Assembly (NCBI GenBank): GCA_016870535.1
Contig: VGBK01000001.1
Coordinates: forward strand, 11,311 to 75,310
Origin: Actinomycetota bacterium
GTDB taxonomy: Bacteria > Actinomycetota > Acidimicrobiia > Spongiisociales > UBA11373
DNA: 64,000 nt
Reading direction: 5' to 3'
Shown: piece by piece, positions 37,695-45,809 of the stretch
How the letters are laid out: the number at the start of each line of letters is the position of its first letter
Numbering within the stretch: position 1 is the stretch's first letter
Notes under the pieces: model-generated
Database searches by the model: none
What the model was told of the DNA's origin: nothing
Seen by the model: only the letters and a program-made list of their open reading frames with translations
Made by a program: the position numbers and the translations under genes

Positions 37695-38240
37695 GTGGCC
37701 CGTCCGATCTGGAAGCAACTGCTGGCAGAGGATCTGGAGGCCTTCCGGGCCTACCTGGTCGGCCTGCCCGCGGAGGAGAGGCCGCGCTACGGCCTGCTGG
37801 GGGTGAAGGCCTCGTGGTGGTCGCGCCTCGGGGGCGGGGCCCGGCCCTTCGTGGCCCTCCTGGTGGGAGACCGGGTGATCCTCTCCAAGCGCTCCTTCCG
37901 GGCTGGGCGGGAGATGACCCGCCACGAGTACCCGGCCGCCGACCTGAAGGCCATCAAGGTCCGGCGGGGGCCTCTGCTCGAGAGCGCCAGGCTGAGGTTT
38001 GCGGACGGCTACGCCTTGCGGCTGGGGAGTCTGCCGCGGCGGCAGACGCAGCCGTGGGAGCGACTCCTGGCCGGAGAAGAGGACGCCCTCGACCCGGCCG
38101 GGCTCTCACCGGAACAGCTCACCAACTTCTGCCAGGCGGCAGCCGCCCTGGGCCTGGGGCCCGATGCCCCCGGCGCCGAGGCTGCGGAGACCGAGGCTGC
38201 GGAAGCCGAGGCCGCGGAGACCGCAGCCGCTCAGTCGTAG
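37695..38240 (+). CDS. Hypothetical protein (possible bacterial PH-like domain) with an acidic Ala/Glu-rich tail
   Basis: GTG at 37695 after GAAAGGAG. VARPIWKQLLAEDLEAFRAYL...VILSKRSFRAGREMTRHEYPAADLKAIKVRRGPLLESARLRFADGYALRL resembles bPH_2-type domains. The C-terminus is AEAAETEAAEAEAAETAAAQS. Confidence 0.45.
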   Translation: MARPIWKQLLAEDLEAFRAYLVGLPAEERPRYGLLGVKASWWSRLGGGARPFVALLVGDRVILSKRSFRAGREMTRHEYPAADLKAIKVRRGPLLESARLRFADGYALRLGSLPRRQTQPWERLLAGEEDALDPAGLSPEQLTNFCQAAAALGLGPDAPGAEAAETEAAEAEAAETAAAQS

Positions 38241-40429
38241 AGGGTCGCCAGCCACCCCGGGCGATCGGGGGCCTCGCCTTCCATCAACATCTCCCGCCAC
38301 TCCTCGTCGGTGAGGCGCTCGCCGCGCGGCACCCAGAACTCGTAGAAGGCATAAGTGCCGCCGACGGCAACCTGGAAGTGCCCGGCGTCGTTGGGCACCA
38401 GCACGTAGATGGTGTCGAAGCCGCCGGTGGCGATCTCCAGGGCGTCCCACGGGTTCGAGAAGATGTCCACCACCACGGGAGCCTTGCTGTCGGGATCTCC
38501 GGCGAACCCGCCCATGCCCATCTCGTCGGGTTGTCCCTCTCCGGCGAGCAGCCAGATGAGCTCGAACTCGCTGCCGATCCCGGCCAGCCAGTCGTTGTCG
38601 GCGGCCGAGATGGGCCTCCCCGCCAGTTCGTCGCGGGCGATGCGCCCGAAACGGGCTTCCATGGCGATCAGGCGGTCGAGCAGTTCGGCGGTGGCGGCGG
38701 GCAGGAGGTCGCGGCCGGCCAGGCCGGAGCGGAGGAGGCCGGCGGCCTCGGCGAGGCGCTCGAAGGGGACGGGGTCGGGCTCCACCCAGTGGCGGGGCGG
38801 GGCCGGGGGCAGCGGTTCGTCCCCCTCGGCGAAGGCCTGCTTGGTGTAGAGCACGGTGTCGTGCTTCAACTCGGTGTAGGAGCCGAAGCCCCCCTGATGG
38901 GCCCGGGCCGCCCACGCCTCGCTCTGCATGTAGTCCGGGAACGGACCGCCGTGGGGGAGCCACATGGGGAGGATGGCGTACAGCCAGGCGTCGTACACCG
39001 TGGAGCCCCAGTCGGCTGCGGGCCTGGCGGCGACCAGTTCGCGCAGGAGAGCCAGCCGCTCCGGGTACTCGGGATAGGCCTCGGCTACGCCGGCGGCCTG
39101 CTGGATCCCCAGGGCCCAGTCGGAGCCCATGGCGGCGGCCACGTCGAGCACCGAGGCCTCGAGGCGCGACCACACCTGGGGGTGAACCAGTTGGTCGAGC
39201 AGGAAGGCGTCGAGGGTGAACCGCGCCCCCATGGTCCGCATCGAGGCCGCCTCGGCGTCGATGAGCACCGGGCGGGCGGCGCGCAGCGCGTCGGCTACGG
39301 CGGTGAGGAACCCGTCGTCGGCCAGCAGGCTCGGGTCGACCCCGCCTTCGGAGCAGCACCAGGTCGCCCCGGCCGCCACCAGTTCCAGGGGGGTGTAGTC
39401 GTCGGCCGTTCCCACCAGGAAGGAGGTGGACTCGTAGATGCGCTCCCAGGCGTCGAGCAGGGCGGCGTCCTCGACGAGGAGCACGCTGAGCAGTACCCCG
39501 CGAGCCAATGCCTGCGGATCGGCGATGGGGAAGGGGGTGGATCCGAGCAGCGCCATGGCGCGGAAGTACCGCGTCAGGTCCTCGCTGCGGGTGTAGTGGC
39601 CGCGCGGCGCGGCCAGGGTGTAGTCCACCTCCACCCCGAGGGTGGGGGACACGGCGAAGGCGGCGTGCAGTTCGGCCAGGGCGACTTCCTCGGCCGCCCG
39701 TGCCCCGATCTCTCCCACGTCGAGGCCGAGCAGGGTGGCCACCGCCTCCAGGTGTTGGGCCACGTCGTCGGCGGCGGCCGCCGCCGGGGTGCCGGCGAGG
39801 GCGGCGCGCTGCTCCCGAGCGGCCTGGGCCAGGCCGCCGACGAGTTCCTCGAGGCGGGGGAGCAGGGCCTGCGCCTCGATGTCGCGCAAAGCCTTGGAGA
39901 AGACCAGGTGCCACATGTGGTACCCGGCGTCGGTGGTGACGTATACCGGGCCGTCGGCGTAGCGGGCCCGGTAGGTGTAGATGGGGTGCAGCGTGTCCTG
40001 GGGCCAGGAGCCGTCGAGGGCGAACCCTTCACTTTCCAGACGGCTCCGGAGGTTCGTCCCGGACCAGTCCGTGACTTTGAACTCCCAGTAGACCTCACCC
40101 AGCGAGGTGGGGTGGCCGGGGACCACCGTGGGCCCGTCGTCGAGCAGGGGGATGGGGATGAAGGAGCCGAAGCCGGCTCTCCCCGGGAGGGCATCGGGCA
40201 GGGGACTGGCCTCTCCCTCCGGCAGCGTGGTGGTGGTGGCTCCGGTAGTGGTGGTCGTGGGGGGAGAGGTGGTGGTGGTCGTCGCGCCGGTAGCGGGGGG
40301 CGCGGTGGTGGAGGGAGCCGTGGTGGTGGAGGGAGCAGCGGTGGTGGTAGAGAAGGCAGTGTCCCCGCTGCAGGCGGCGAGCAGGACACAGGCCAGGAGG
40401 ACGGGCAGCAGGCGGCGGGCGCGGCGCAT
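38231..40429 (-). CDS. Secreted lipoprotein with a Thr/Pro-rich linker, DUF3160-like large extracytoplasmic domain
   Basis: Signal peptide plus lipobox MRRARRLLPVLLACVLLAAC|SG. A TTTAAPSTTTAPSTTAPPATGATTTTTSPPTTTTTGATTTTLP linker is followed by a roughly 650-aa globular region. The family assignment is tentative. Confidence 0.55.
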   Translation of the reverse strand: MRRARRLLPVLLACVLLAACSGDTAFSTTTAAPSTTTAPSTTAPPATGATTTTTSPPTTTTTGATTTTLPEGEASPLPDALPGRAGFGSFIPIPLLDDGPTVVPGHPTSLGEVYWEFKVTDWSGTNLRSRLESEGFALDGSWPQDTLHPIYTYRARYADGPVYVTTDAGYHMWHLVFSKALRDIEAQALLPRLEELVGGLAQAAREQRAALAGTPAAAAADDVAQHLEAVATLLGLDVGEIGARAAEEVALAELHAAFAVSPTLGVEVDYTLAAPRGHYTRSEDLTRYFRAMALLGSTPFPIADPQALARGVLLSVLLVEDAALLDAWERIYESTSFLVGTADDYTPLELVAAGATWCCSEGGVDPSLLADDGFLTAVADALRAARPVLIDAEAASMRTMGARFTLDAFLLDQLVHPQVWSRLEASVLDVAAAMGSDWALGIQQAAGVAEAYPEYPERLALLRELVAARPAADWGSTVYDAWLYAILPMWLPHGGPFPDYMQSEAWAARAHQGGFGSYTELKHDTVLYTKQAFAEGDEPLPPAPPRHWVEPDPVPFERLAEAAGLLRSGLAGRDLLPAATAELLDRLIAMEARFGRIARDELAGRPISAADNDWLAGIGSEFELIWLLAGEGQPDEMGMGGFAGDPDSKAPVVVDIFSNPWDALEIATGGFDTIYVLVPNDAGHFQVAVGGTYAFYEFWVPRGERLTDEEWREMLMEGEAPDRPGWLATLYD

Positions 40430-40495
40430 GGGGACTCCCCGGTCGAGGTGCCGTCCCCAGTATCGTCCTTGAAGCGCAGTGCGTGCGACTCGGCC

Positions 40496-41665
40496 TCAGG
40501 GCGAGCGGCCCAGGATGACCGGATCGAGGCGCCCGTCGCCGTCGACGTCGGCACAACGCGGCTCCCCGAAGCCGGGAAGCTCCCGGACGGGGCGCAGCCC
40601 GAGGCCGTCCCAGACGGCGGCGCCGGCGGCTACCACTTCCGGGTCGTCGAGGGCGGTGTAGGCCAGCGCTACCGCTCCGTCGCAGACGGCCAGTTCGCCC
40701 ACCGGACGGGGCAGGTAGCCGGCCGCCCACCGGGCACGACCGCCGAGGGTGAAGACCCCGAGGTGGGCGCTGCGCCCCCGAGAGTCCACCCCCACGATGC
40801 CGGGGCGGGTTTCGCTGAGGGCGGAGGGGCGGAAGGGGTGGCGGTACGACACCACCAGGTCCGGGTCCCCGTCGCCGGTGAGGTCACCCACCGCAGCCGC
40901 GACGAGGTCGCCCCGAGTGAAGGCGAGGTCGGCGGGCGGGCGGAGCACCGGAACGGGATCAAAGGAGCGGGCCAGCGCCCACCACTCCCCGTCCAGCAGC
41001 ACCGCGTCGCCCCCGGGGAGGGCCCAGCCCGAGAAGCGCACCCGGAAGTCGCGGTGAGCCACCCTTCCCAGCCGGTAGGCGAGCACCCCCTCGGCATCGG
41101 CGAGCACCTCCAGCAGGGCGCCGCCGCCGGCGGCGTCGCCGGAGAGGAGCGCGCCCAGGCCGGCGACCGTGAGACTGGTCCGGCCGAACCGACTATGGGA
41201 CGTCGTCGCGGCCGGAGGGCCTCCTCCGACGGCAGCCGTCACCTCCGGCGCCGAGCGAAAGAGGCCGGGCGAGGCTACGGAGAGGCCCAGCGTGGGACCA
41301 GGCGACCAGGCGTCGGGCGGCCCGGGGATCCCGGAGCAGCGCAGGCGCGGCGTCGCCGGAGTTCCGGTGTCGAGGGAGTGCGGCTGGGGACAGGCGACAA
41401 CGTCGAACCCGGCCGCGGCCAGGAGCGCGCCGGCCTCTGCGTCGGCGGCGGCGACCACGGCGAGATCGGCGCGGCGGGCGGCGCGGCGCACTTCCCGGAA
41501 GATCCCCTCGGGGTCGGCGGTGGCCACGGCGGCGGCGTCACCGCTCAAGTCGACGGTGCCGGCGATGAGCAGGCGGACGGGCCGCTCCAGTTGACCGGAG
41601 GAGGCGGGGGCGGAGGCACAGCCCGCGGCCAGGATCAGGGGGAGCACGAGGGCAAGCCGGTGCAT
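40496..41665 (-). CDS. Lipoprotein with FG-GAP/VCBS-like repeats
   Basis: MHRLALVLPLILAAGC|AS lipobox. Repeated DLTGDGDPDLVV and ADVDGDGRLDPV calcium-binding-loop-like motifs. It lies upstream of, and is co-oriented with, the DUF3160-like lipoprotein. Confidence 0.5.
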   Translation of the reverse strand: MHRLALVLPLILAAGCASAPASSGQLERPVRLLIAGTVDLSGDAAAVATADPEGIFREVRRAARRADLAVVAAADAEAGALLAAAGFDVVACPQPHSLDTGTPATPRLRCSGIPGPPDAWSPGPTLGLSVASPGLFRSAPEVTAAVGGGPPAATTSHSRFGRTSLTVAGLGALLSGDAAGGGALLEVLADAEGVLAYRLGRVAHRDFRVRFSGWALPGGDAVLLDGEWWALARSFDPVPVLRPPADLAFTRGDLVAAAVGDLTGDGDPDLVVSYRHPFRPSALSETRPGIVGVDSRGRSAHLGVFTLGGRARWAAGYLPRPVGELAVCDGAVALAYTALDDPEVVAAGAAVWDGLGLRPVRELPGFGEPRCADVDGDGRLDPVILGRSP

Positions 41666-41747
41666 CCCACCAATGGTGGCACGCCCGCCGGCGCGGCGCC
41701 CCGGAGGACCCGACCGGCCGTCCCGATTGGCCGCCCACGCGGCTAGC

Positions 41748-42332
41748 GTGCCGGGGGTGCCTGAGGCCTACATCTCGGTGGATGTGGAGACGGCCGGGCC
41801 GGTCCCGGCTTCTTACGCCTTGCTGGCCATCGGCGCCTGCCTGGTGGACGATCCCCGGCAGACCTTCTACGCCGAACTCAGGCCCACCACTCTGGAGGCG
41901 GATCCGGCGGCGCTGGCGGTGAGCGGCCTCTCTCTCGAGGACCTCGCCTCCCACGGCGCGCCCCCCATTGAGGCCCTGGCCCGCTTCACCGCCTGGGTGA
42001 CGGAGGTGACACCCCCCGATCGCCGGCCGGTGTTCGTGGCCTTCAATGCACCCTTCGACTGGATGTTCGTCGCCGACTACCTGGCGCGCTTCGGGGTACC
42101 CAACCCCTTCGGGCATGCCGCCCTCGACATCAAGGCCCTGTACATGGGCGTCACCGGCGAGCCGTGGGAGCGGACCTCGTTCGCCGCCGTGGCCGGCCGT
42201 CTCGGCCTCGAGGTCACTCTGCCGCATCACGCCCTGGAGGATGCTCTCCTCCAGGCCGAGATCTTCCGCCGTGTGCTGGCCGGGGTCCCTCCCCGGCGTC
42301 GCCGTTCCCCTCGCCAGGAGGTATCCCAGTGA
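41748..42332 (+). CDS. DEDDh 3'-5' exonuclease (DnaQ/epsilon-like)
   Basis: Exo I motif ISVDVETAGP, Exo II FVAFNAPFDWMF and Exo III HHALEDALLQAEIF. Start taken as the GTG at 41748. The alternative ATG is at 41673. Confidence 0.7.
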   Translation: MPGVPEAYISVDVETAGPVPASYALLAIGACLVDDPRQTFYAELRPTTLEADPAALAVSGLSLEDLASHGAPPIEALARFTAWVTEVTPPDRRPVFVAFNAPFDWMFVADYLARFGVPNPFGHAALDIKALYMGVTGEPWERTSFAAVAGRLGLEVTLPHHALEDALLQAEIFRRVLAGVPPRRRRSPRQEVSQ

Positions 42333-43651
42333 GCCCCGATCCCACCCCCCGCGCCGACCTCGACCGGATCGTCGCCTCCGCCCACCGCCTCGGCGTGGAG
42401 TTGGACGAGGCCGATGCCCTGCAGTGGCTGGCGGCGGTGGCCGCCGCCGAGGGCGAGGAACTGGTGGTCGACGACGCCACCGGGGTCTTCGGCCACCGGG
42501 TCTCGATGCTCGACTTCAGCCCGGAGGACCTGGCCCACTTCCGCGCCGTGGGCCGTCTGGTGGGCTTCGACGACGCGCCCGGTGTGGAGACGGCGCTGGC
42601 CCTGTCGGGATCCGCCGCCCAATCGAAGATCCAGACCTACCCGGGGGACTGCGACTACTTCGAACGGGTGAACCTCCTGGCGGCCACCCGTGAGGAGGCC
42701 TGCCGCCGTCTCGCCACCCTGATGCGGGAGAAGGCCCTGGCCACTCTCACCGGGGAGACCTACCGGCTCATCGAGGTGAAGTACGGCAACTACCCCCGCG
42801 ACCTGGAACGGGACGGCCGGCTCTGCCGGGCGGGAACCCCCATCGCCTGGAAACCCGAGGAGATCGTCGCCGGGAGGCTGGTGGGGCGGACTCCCGACGG
42901 CGAGGAGGTCGAGGTCGGCTGGGACGAGGTGGCCCTCGACCCGGGATGGTGCAAGCTCGACTGGGTGGTGGCCGACCCGGTGCGGCGCCAGGTGGCCAAC
43001 GCTTCGAACATGCTCGACGTCACCTGGGAGGCCCCCGACGGCGGCATCACCCCGCTCGACGGGTACCTCGACCCCTACTTCCAGGAGGTGTACCTGGAGG
43101 CGGAGTCGGTGCCCGTCTTCTCCAAGCTGGTGCGCCACGTCTCGCCCGACGCCCTGGCGGAGTACGTGGCGCAACTCGAGGCCGAGGTCCGCAAGTACGT
43201 GGCCCGCGACCCGCGCAACTACGGGAAGGCCGCCAAGCGCATGTACAACGTGTTTCGCCTCAGCGGGCGCTACGTGGAGGCCGCCTTCCTGAGGGAGCTC
43301 TTCGACGAGCCGACCGCGGTGCTCTACCAGGTGCATGCCGTGCTGCGCACCGTGGAGGAGGCTGCCGAGCCGGGGTCGGCCATCTCGCTGGAGACGGTGC
43401 TGGCCCAGGTGGACGGCCTCATCCTCGACGTGATCCGGGCGCTCGAAGGTCCGGAGGAGGAGGAGATCGTGCGCCTGGTGCTGCAACTGCGCGACACCCT
43501 GGTCCGGGAGGGGCAGAGTGGGCTGCGTTCGGCGGCGGTCGAGGCGGCCCGGGAGCGGGTGATCAATCTGGTCAACAACTTCTTCCACGAGAAACTGGTG
43601 GGGCTCCCTTCGATCGCGGCCTACCTGGAGGAGATGGGCGCCGGGGAGTGA
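42329..43651 (+). CDS. Hypothetical protein, candidate Pol-beta-superfamily nucleotidyltransferase
   Basis: The GTG at 42329 follows AGGAGG and overlaps the exonuclease stop as GTGA. It contains LSGSAAQSKIQTYPGDCDYF (G[S]-x11-DxD, the minimal nucleotidyltransferase motif) and a downstream acidic cluster KLDWVVADP. The rest is helical. The assignment rests on inference only. Confidence 0.5.
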   Translation: MSPDPTPRADLDRIVASAHRLGVELDEADALQWLAAVAAAEGEELVVDDATGVFGHRVSMLDFSPEDLAHFRAVGRLVGFDDAPGVETALALSGSAAQSKIQTYPGDCDYFERVNLLAATREEACRRLATLMREKALATLTGETYRLIEVKYGNYPRDLERDGRLCRAGTPIAWKPEEIVAGRLVGRTPDGEEVEVGWDEVALDPGWCKLDWVVADPVRRQVANASNMLDVTWEAPDGGITPLDGYLDPYFQEVYLEAESVPVFSKLVRHVSPDALAEYVAQLEAEVRKYVARDPRNYGKAAKRMYNVFRLSGRYVEAAFLRELFDEPTAVLYQVHAVLRTVEEAAEPGSAISLETVLAQVDGLILDVIRALEGPEEEEIVRLVLQLRDTLVREGQSGLRSAAVEAARERVINLVNNFFHEKLVGLPSIAAYLEEMGAGE

Positions 43652-43687
43652 GGCCGCCGGCCGGGGTGTCGAGAGGGCGCCGCCCCC

Positions 43688-45805
43688 TCAGGCGCGCAGC
43701 GGGGAGCGAAACGAGCCCATCCAGCCTTGCATCTCGGCGGGGTCGGGCTCCACGGGGAAGGGGTCGCCGGCGGCCGCCCGGGCTTCCGGGGCGAGGGCGC
43801 GGTAGACGGTCTGGTACTCGTCGGCCATCTCCTGCGGCGTGGGCAGGGTGGGCCCGATGGCCGCTGCCTGCCGGCGGAGGGCGGCGAGGGCAGCGGGGTC
43901 GGCCAGCAGGCGCGCCAGCGCGTCCGCCACCGCCGCCGGGTCCCAGGGGTCCACGGTGATTCCCCCGCCCAGGCTGCGGATGCGCTCCCCGATGGCGCCC
44001 AGGTCGGAGCCGACCACGGGGAGGCCCAGGCGCCAGGCCTCCGATAGCGTGTAGGAGTAGGTCTCCGCCCAGGGGGAGAGGAGGAGCACCAGGTCCACCC
44101 CGGCCGCCGCCAGCAGCCCGGGCAGTTCCTCACGCCGATAGGTGCCGTGGAGGACCACCCGGCGGCGCGCCTTCTTGCCGAAGCGCTCGCGGCCGAACAG
44201 GTGCCAGGTGATCCCCTGGTCGTCGAGGGCCTCTATGACCCGTTCGAGCAAGTCGTCGCCCTTGTGACGCCCGCCGTAGCCGAGCACGGCGACGTGCCGG
44301 CCTCGCCCGGCCGCCGGCAGCAGGACGCAGGCTTCGGCGACGCCGTGAGGGCGTACCGTGAAGCGAGGCCGCAGCTCGGGCATGGCCGCCGCCAGGATCT
44401 CCCGGGCGGCCGCCGAGGGAGTGATGAGCGCGTCGGCGCGTCCCAGCAGGCCCCGGTACACATCGCGCCACTCGGACACGGCGCATCCGGCGAGGCGGCG
44501 GGCCCGGTCTTCGCAGCCGGGGCAGGGCGGTCCCCCGGCGAGGCTGGTGCACGGAGCGCCCGACGCGGCGTCGAGCAACTGGGCGCCGGGGCACAGGGCG
44601 AAGTAGTCGTGGAGCGTCCAGACGATGGGGATGCTCCGGCGGTGGGCGGATTCGAGCAGGGCTCCCAGCACCGGGAGGGGGGTGCGCATGGGGTGCTGCA
44701 CGTGGAGCAGGTCGATCCCGGTGTCGAGGAGGCGGCCCACCCAGGGGTAGGGGTCGGAGACGCTGCCCGGCTCGAAGGGGAACTCCAGCCGGGTGCCGGC
44801 GCCGGGGCGCCACTGCAAGGTGCCCCGGGCCTGGGGGTCGAAGCTCAGGACCACGGGGTCGATCCGTTCCCCCAGCGAGTCGATCAGATCGCCGGCGTGG
44901 AGTTCGGTGCCGCCGATGATCCCGGCCCACAGGCGATTGTGGACCAGGTAGAGGATCCGCCGCCGCGGAGACTTGGTGCGCCGCAGCAACTCGAGGCCGA
45001 AGCGGCTCTGCACCCCCCAGAGGGGATTCTGGCGAATGAAACCGCGGACGACCTCGTGGTAGCGGGGCCAGGCCCCGGCCAGGCGATCCAGGTTCCCGGC
45101 CAGGTCGCCGCCGCCGGACTCGGCGAAGGACACCCCGCCCTCGTGCCACACGAACAGGGTGTCGCAGAGCAGGTTCAGGTAGCCGCCGTCCCGCATCCGG
45201 CAGGCCAGGTCGTTCTCCTCGCCGTAGCCCGCGCCGAAGCGGTCCTCGTCGAAGAGGCCGCAGGCGTCCAGGGCGTCCCGCCGGTAGTAGACGCAGAAGC
45301 CCACCGAGGTGGGGATCTCGATCCGCTCGCCGGTGCCGGAGGCCCGGGCCACCTCGTCGAGCAGGGCGAGGCCTACTCCGGGGGGGAAATGGTTGGGGCC
45401 GAGCCACTGCGGCACCGAGCAGATGGTGGCGTTGTTGGACAGCGGGGTCACCGAACCCACGCGCCGCGACGAGTGGGCGACGGAGCGCAGCCTCTCCAGC
45501 CAGCCGGGAGGGACCTCGGTGTCGCTGTTGAGCAGGACCACATCGCCCGGGGCCTGGCGCATGGCCTCGTTGCTGTTGCGCACGAAGCCGAGGTTGCGCG
45601 GGCGGCGTAGCACCGTGACCCGGGGATCGCGCGCCGCGAAGCCCGCCAGGAGCCCGGGGATACGCGGGTCGGGGCTGGCGTCGTCGGCCACCACCAGGCG
45701 CACTCCTTCCCCGGTGGTGTGGGCCACCACGGATTCCAGGCAGCGACGCGTCGCATCGTGGCCGTTGTAGACGGGGACGACGACGTCGACCGGTGGCCGG
45801 GGCAC
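43688..45805 (-). CDS. Bifunctional glycosyltransferase (N-terminal GT2 + C-terminal GT1/GT4 domain)
   Basis: GT2: VVVPVYNGHDATRRCLESV...VVADDASPD...LLNSDTEVPPGW. GT4-like C-terminus: ...VLGYGGRHKGDDLL...SPWAETYSYTLSEAWRLGLPVVGSDLGAIGE. The GTG start at 45805 has a GGAGGGG ribosome-binding site. Confidence 0.8.
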   Translation of the reverse strand: MPRPPVDVVVPVYNGHDATRRCLESVVAHTTGEGVRLVVADDASPDPRIPGLLAGFAARDPRVTVLRRPRNLGFVRNSNEAMRQAPGDVVLLNSDTEVPPGWLERLRSVAHSSRRVGSVTPLSNNATICSVPQWLGPNHFPPGVGLALLDEVARASGTGERIEIPTSVGFCVYYRRDALDACGLFDEDRFGAGYGEENDLACRMRDGGYLNLLCDTLFVWHEGGVSFAESGGGDLAGNLDRLAGAWPRYHEVVRGFIRQNPLWGVQSRFGLELLRRTKSPRRRILYLVHNRLWAGIIGGTELHAGDLIDSLGERIDPVVLSFDPQARGTLQWRPGAGTRLEFPFEPGSVSDPYPWVGRLLDTGIDLLHVQHPMRTPLPVLGALLESAHRRSIPIVWTLHDYFALCPGAQLLDAASGAPCTSLAGGPPCPGCEDRARRLAGCAVSEWRDVYRGLLGRADALITPSAAAREILAAAMPELRPRFTVRPHGVAEACVLLPAAGRGRHVAVLGYGGRHKGDDLLERVIEALDDQGITWHLFGRERFGKKARRRVVLHGTYRREELPGLLAAAGVDLVLLLSPWAETYSYTLSEAWRLGLPVVGSDLGAIGERIRSLGGGITVDPWDPAAVADALARLLADPAALAALRRQAAAIGPTLPTPQEMADEYQTVYRALAPEARAAAGDPFPVEPDPAEMQGWMGSFRSPLRA

Positions 45806-45809
45806 GGTC

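Noticed and set aside
37814-41746. 1310-aa plus-strand ORF
   Set aside because: It is antisense to the two lipoprotein genes (38231-41665 on the minus strand). It is a Gly/Arg/Pro-rich artefact.
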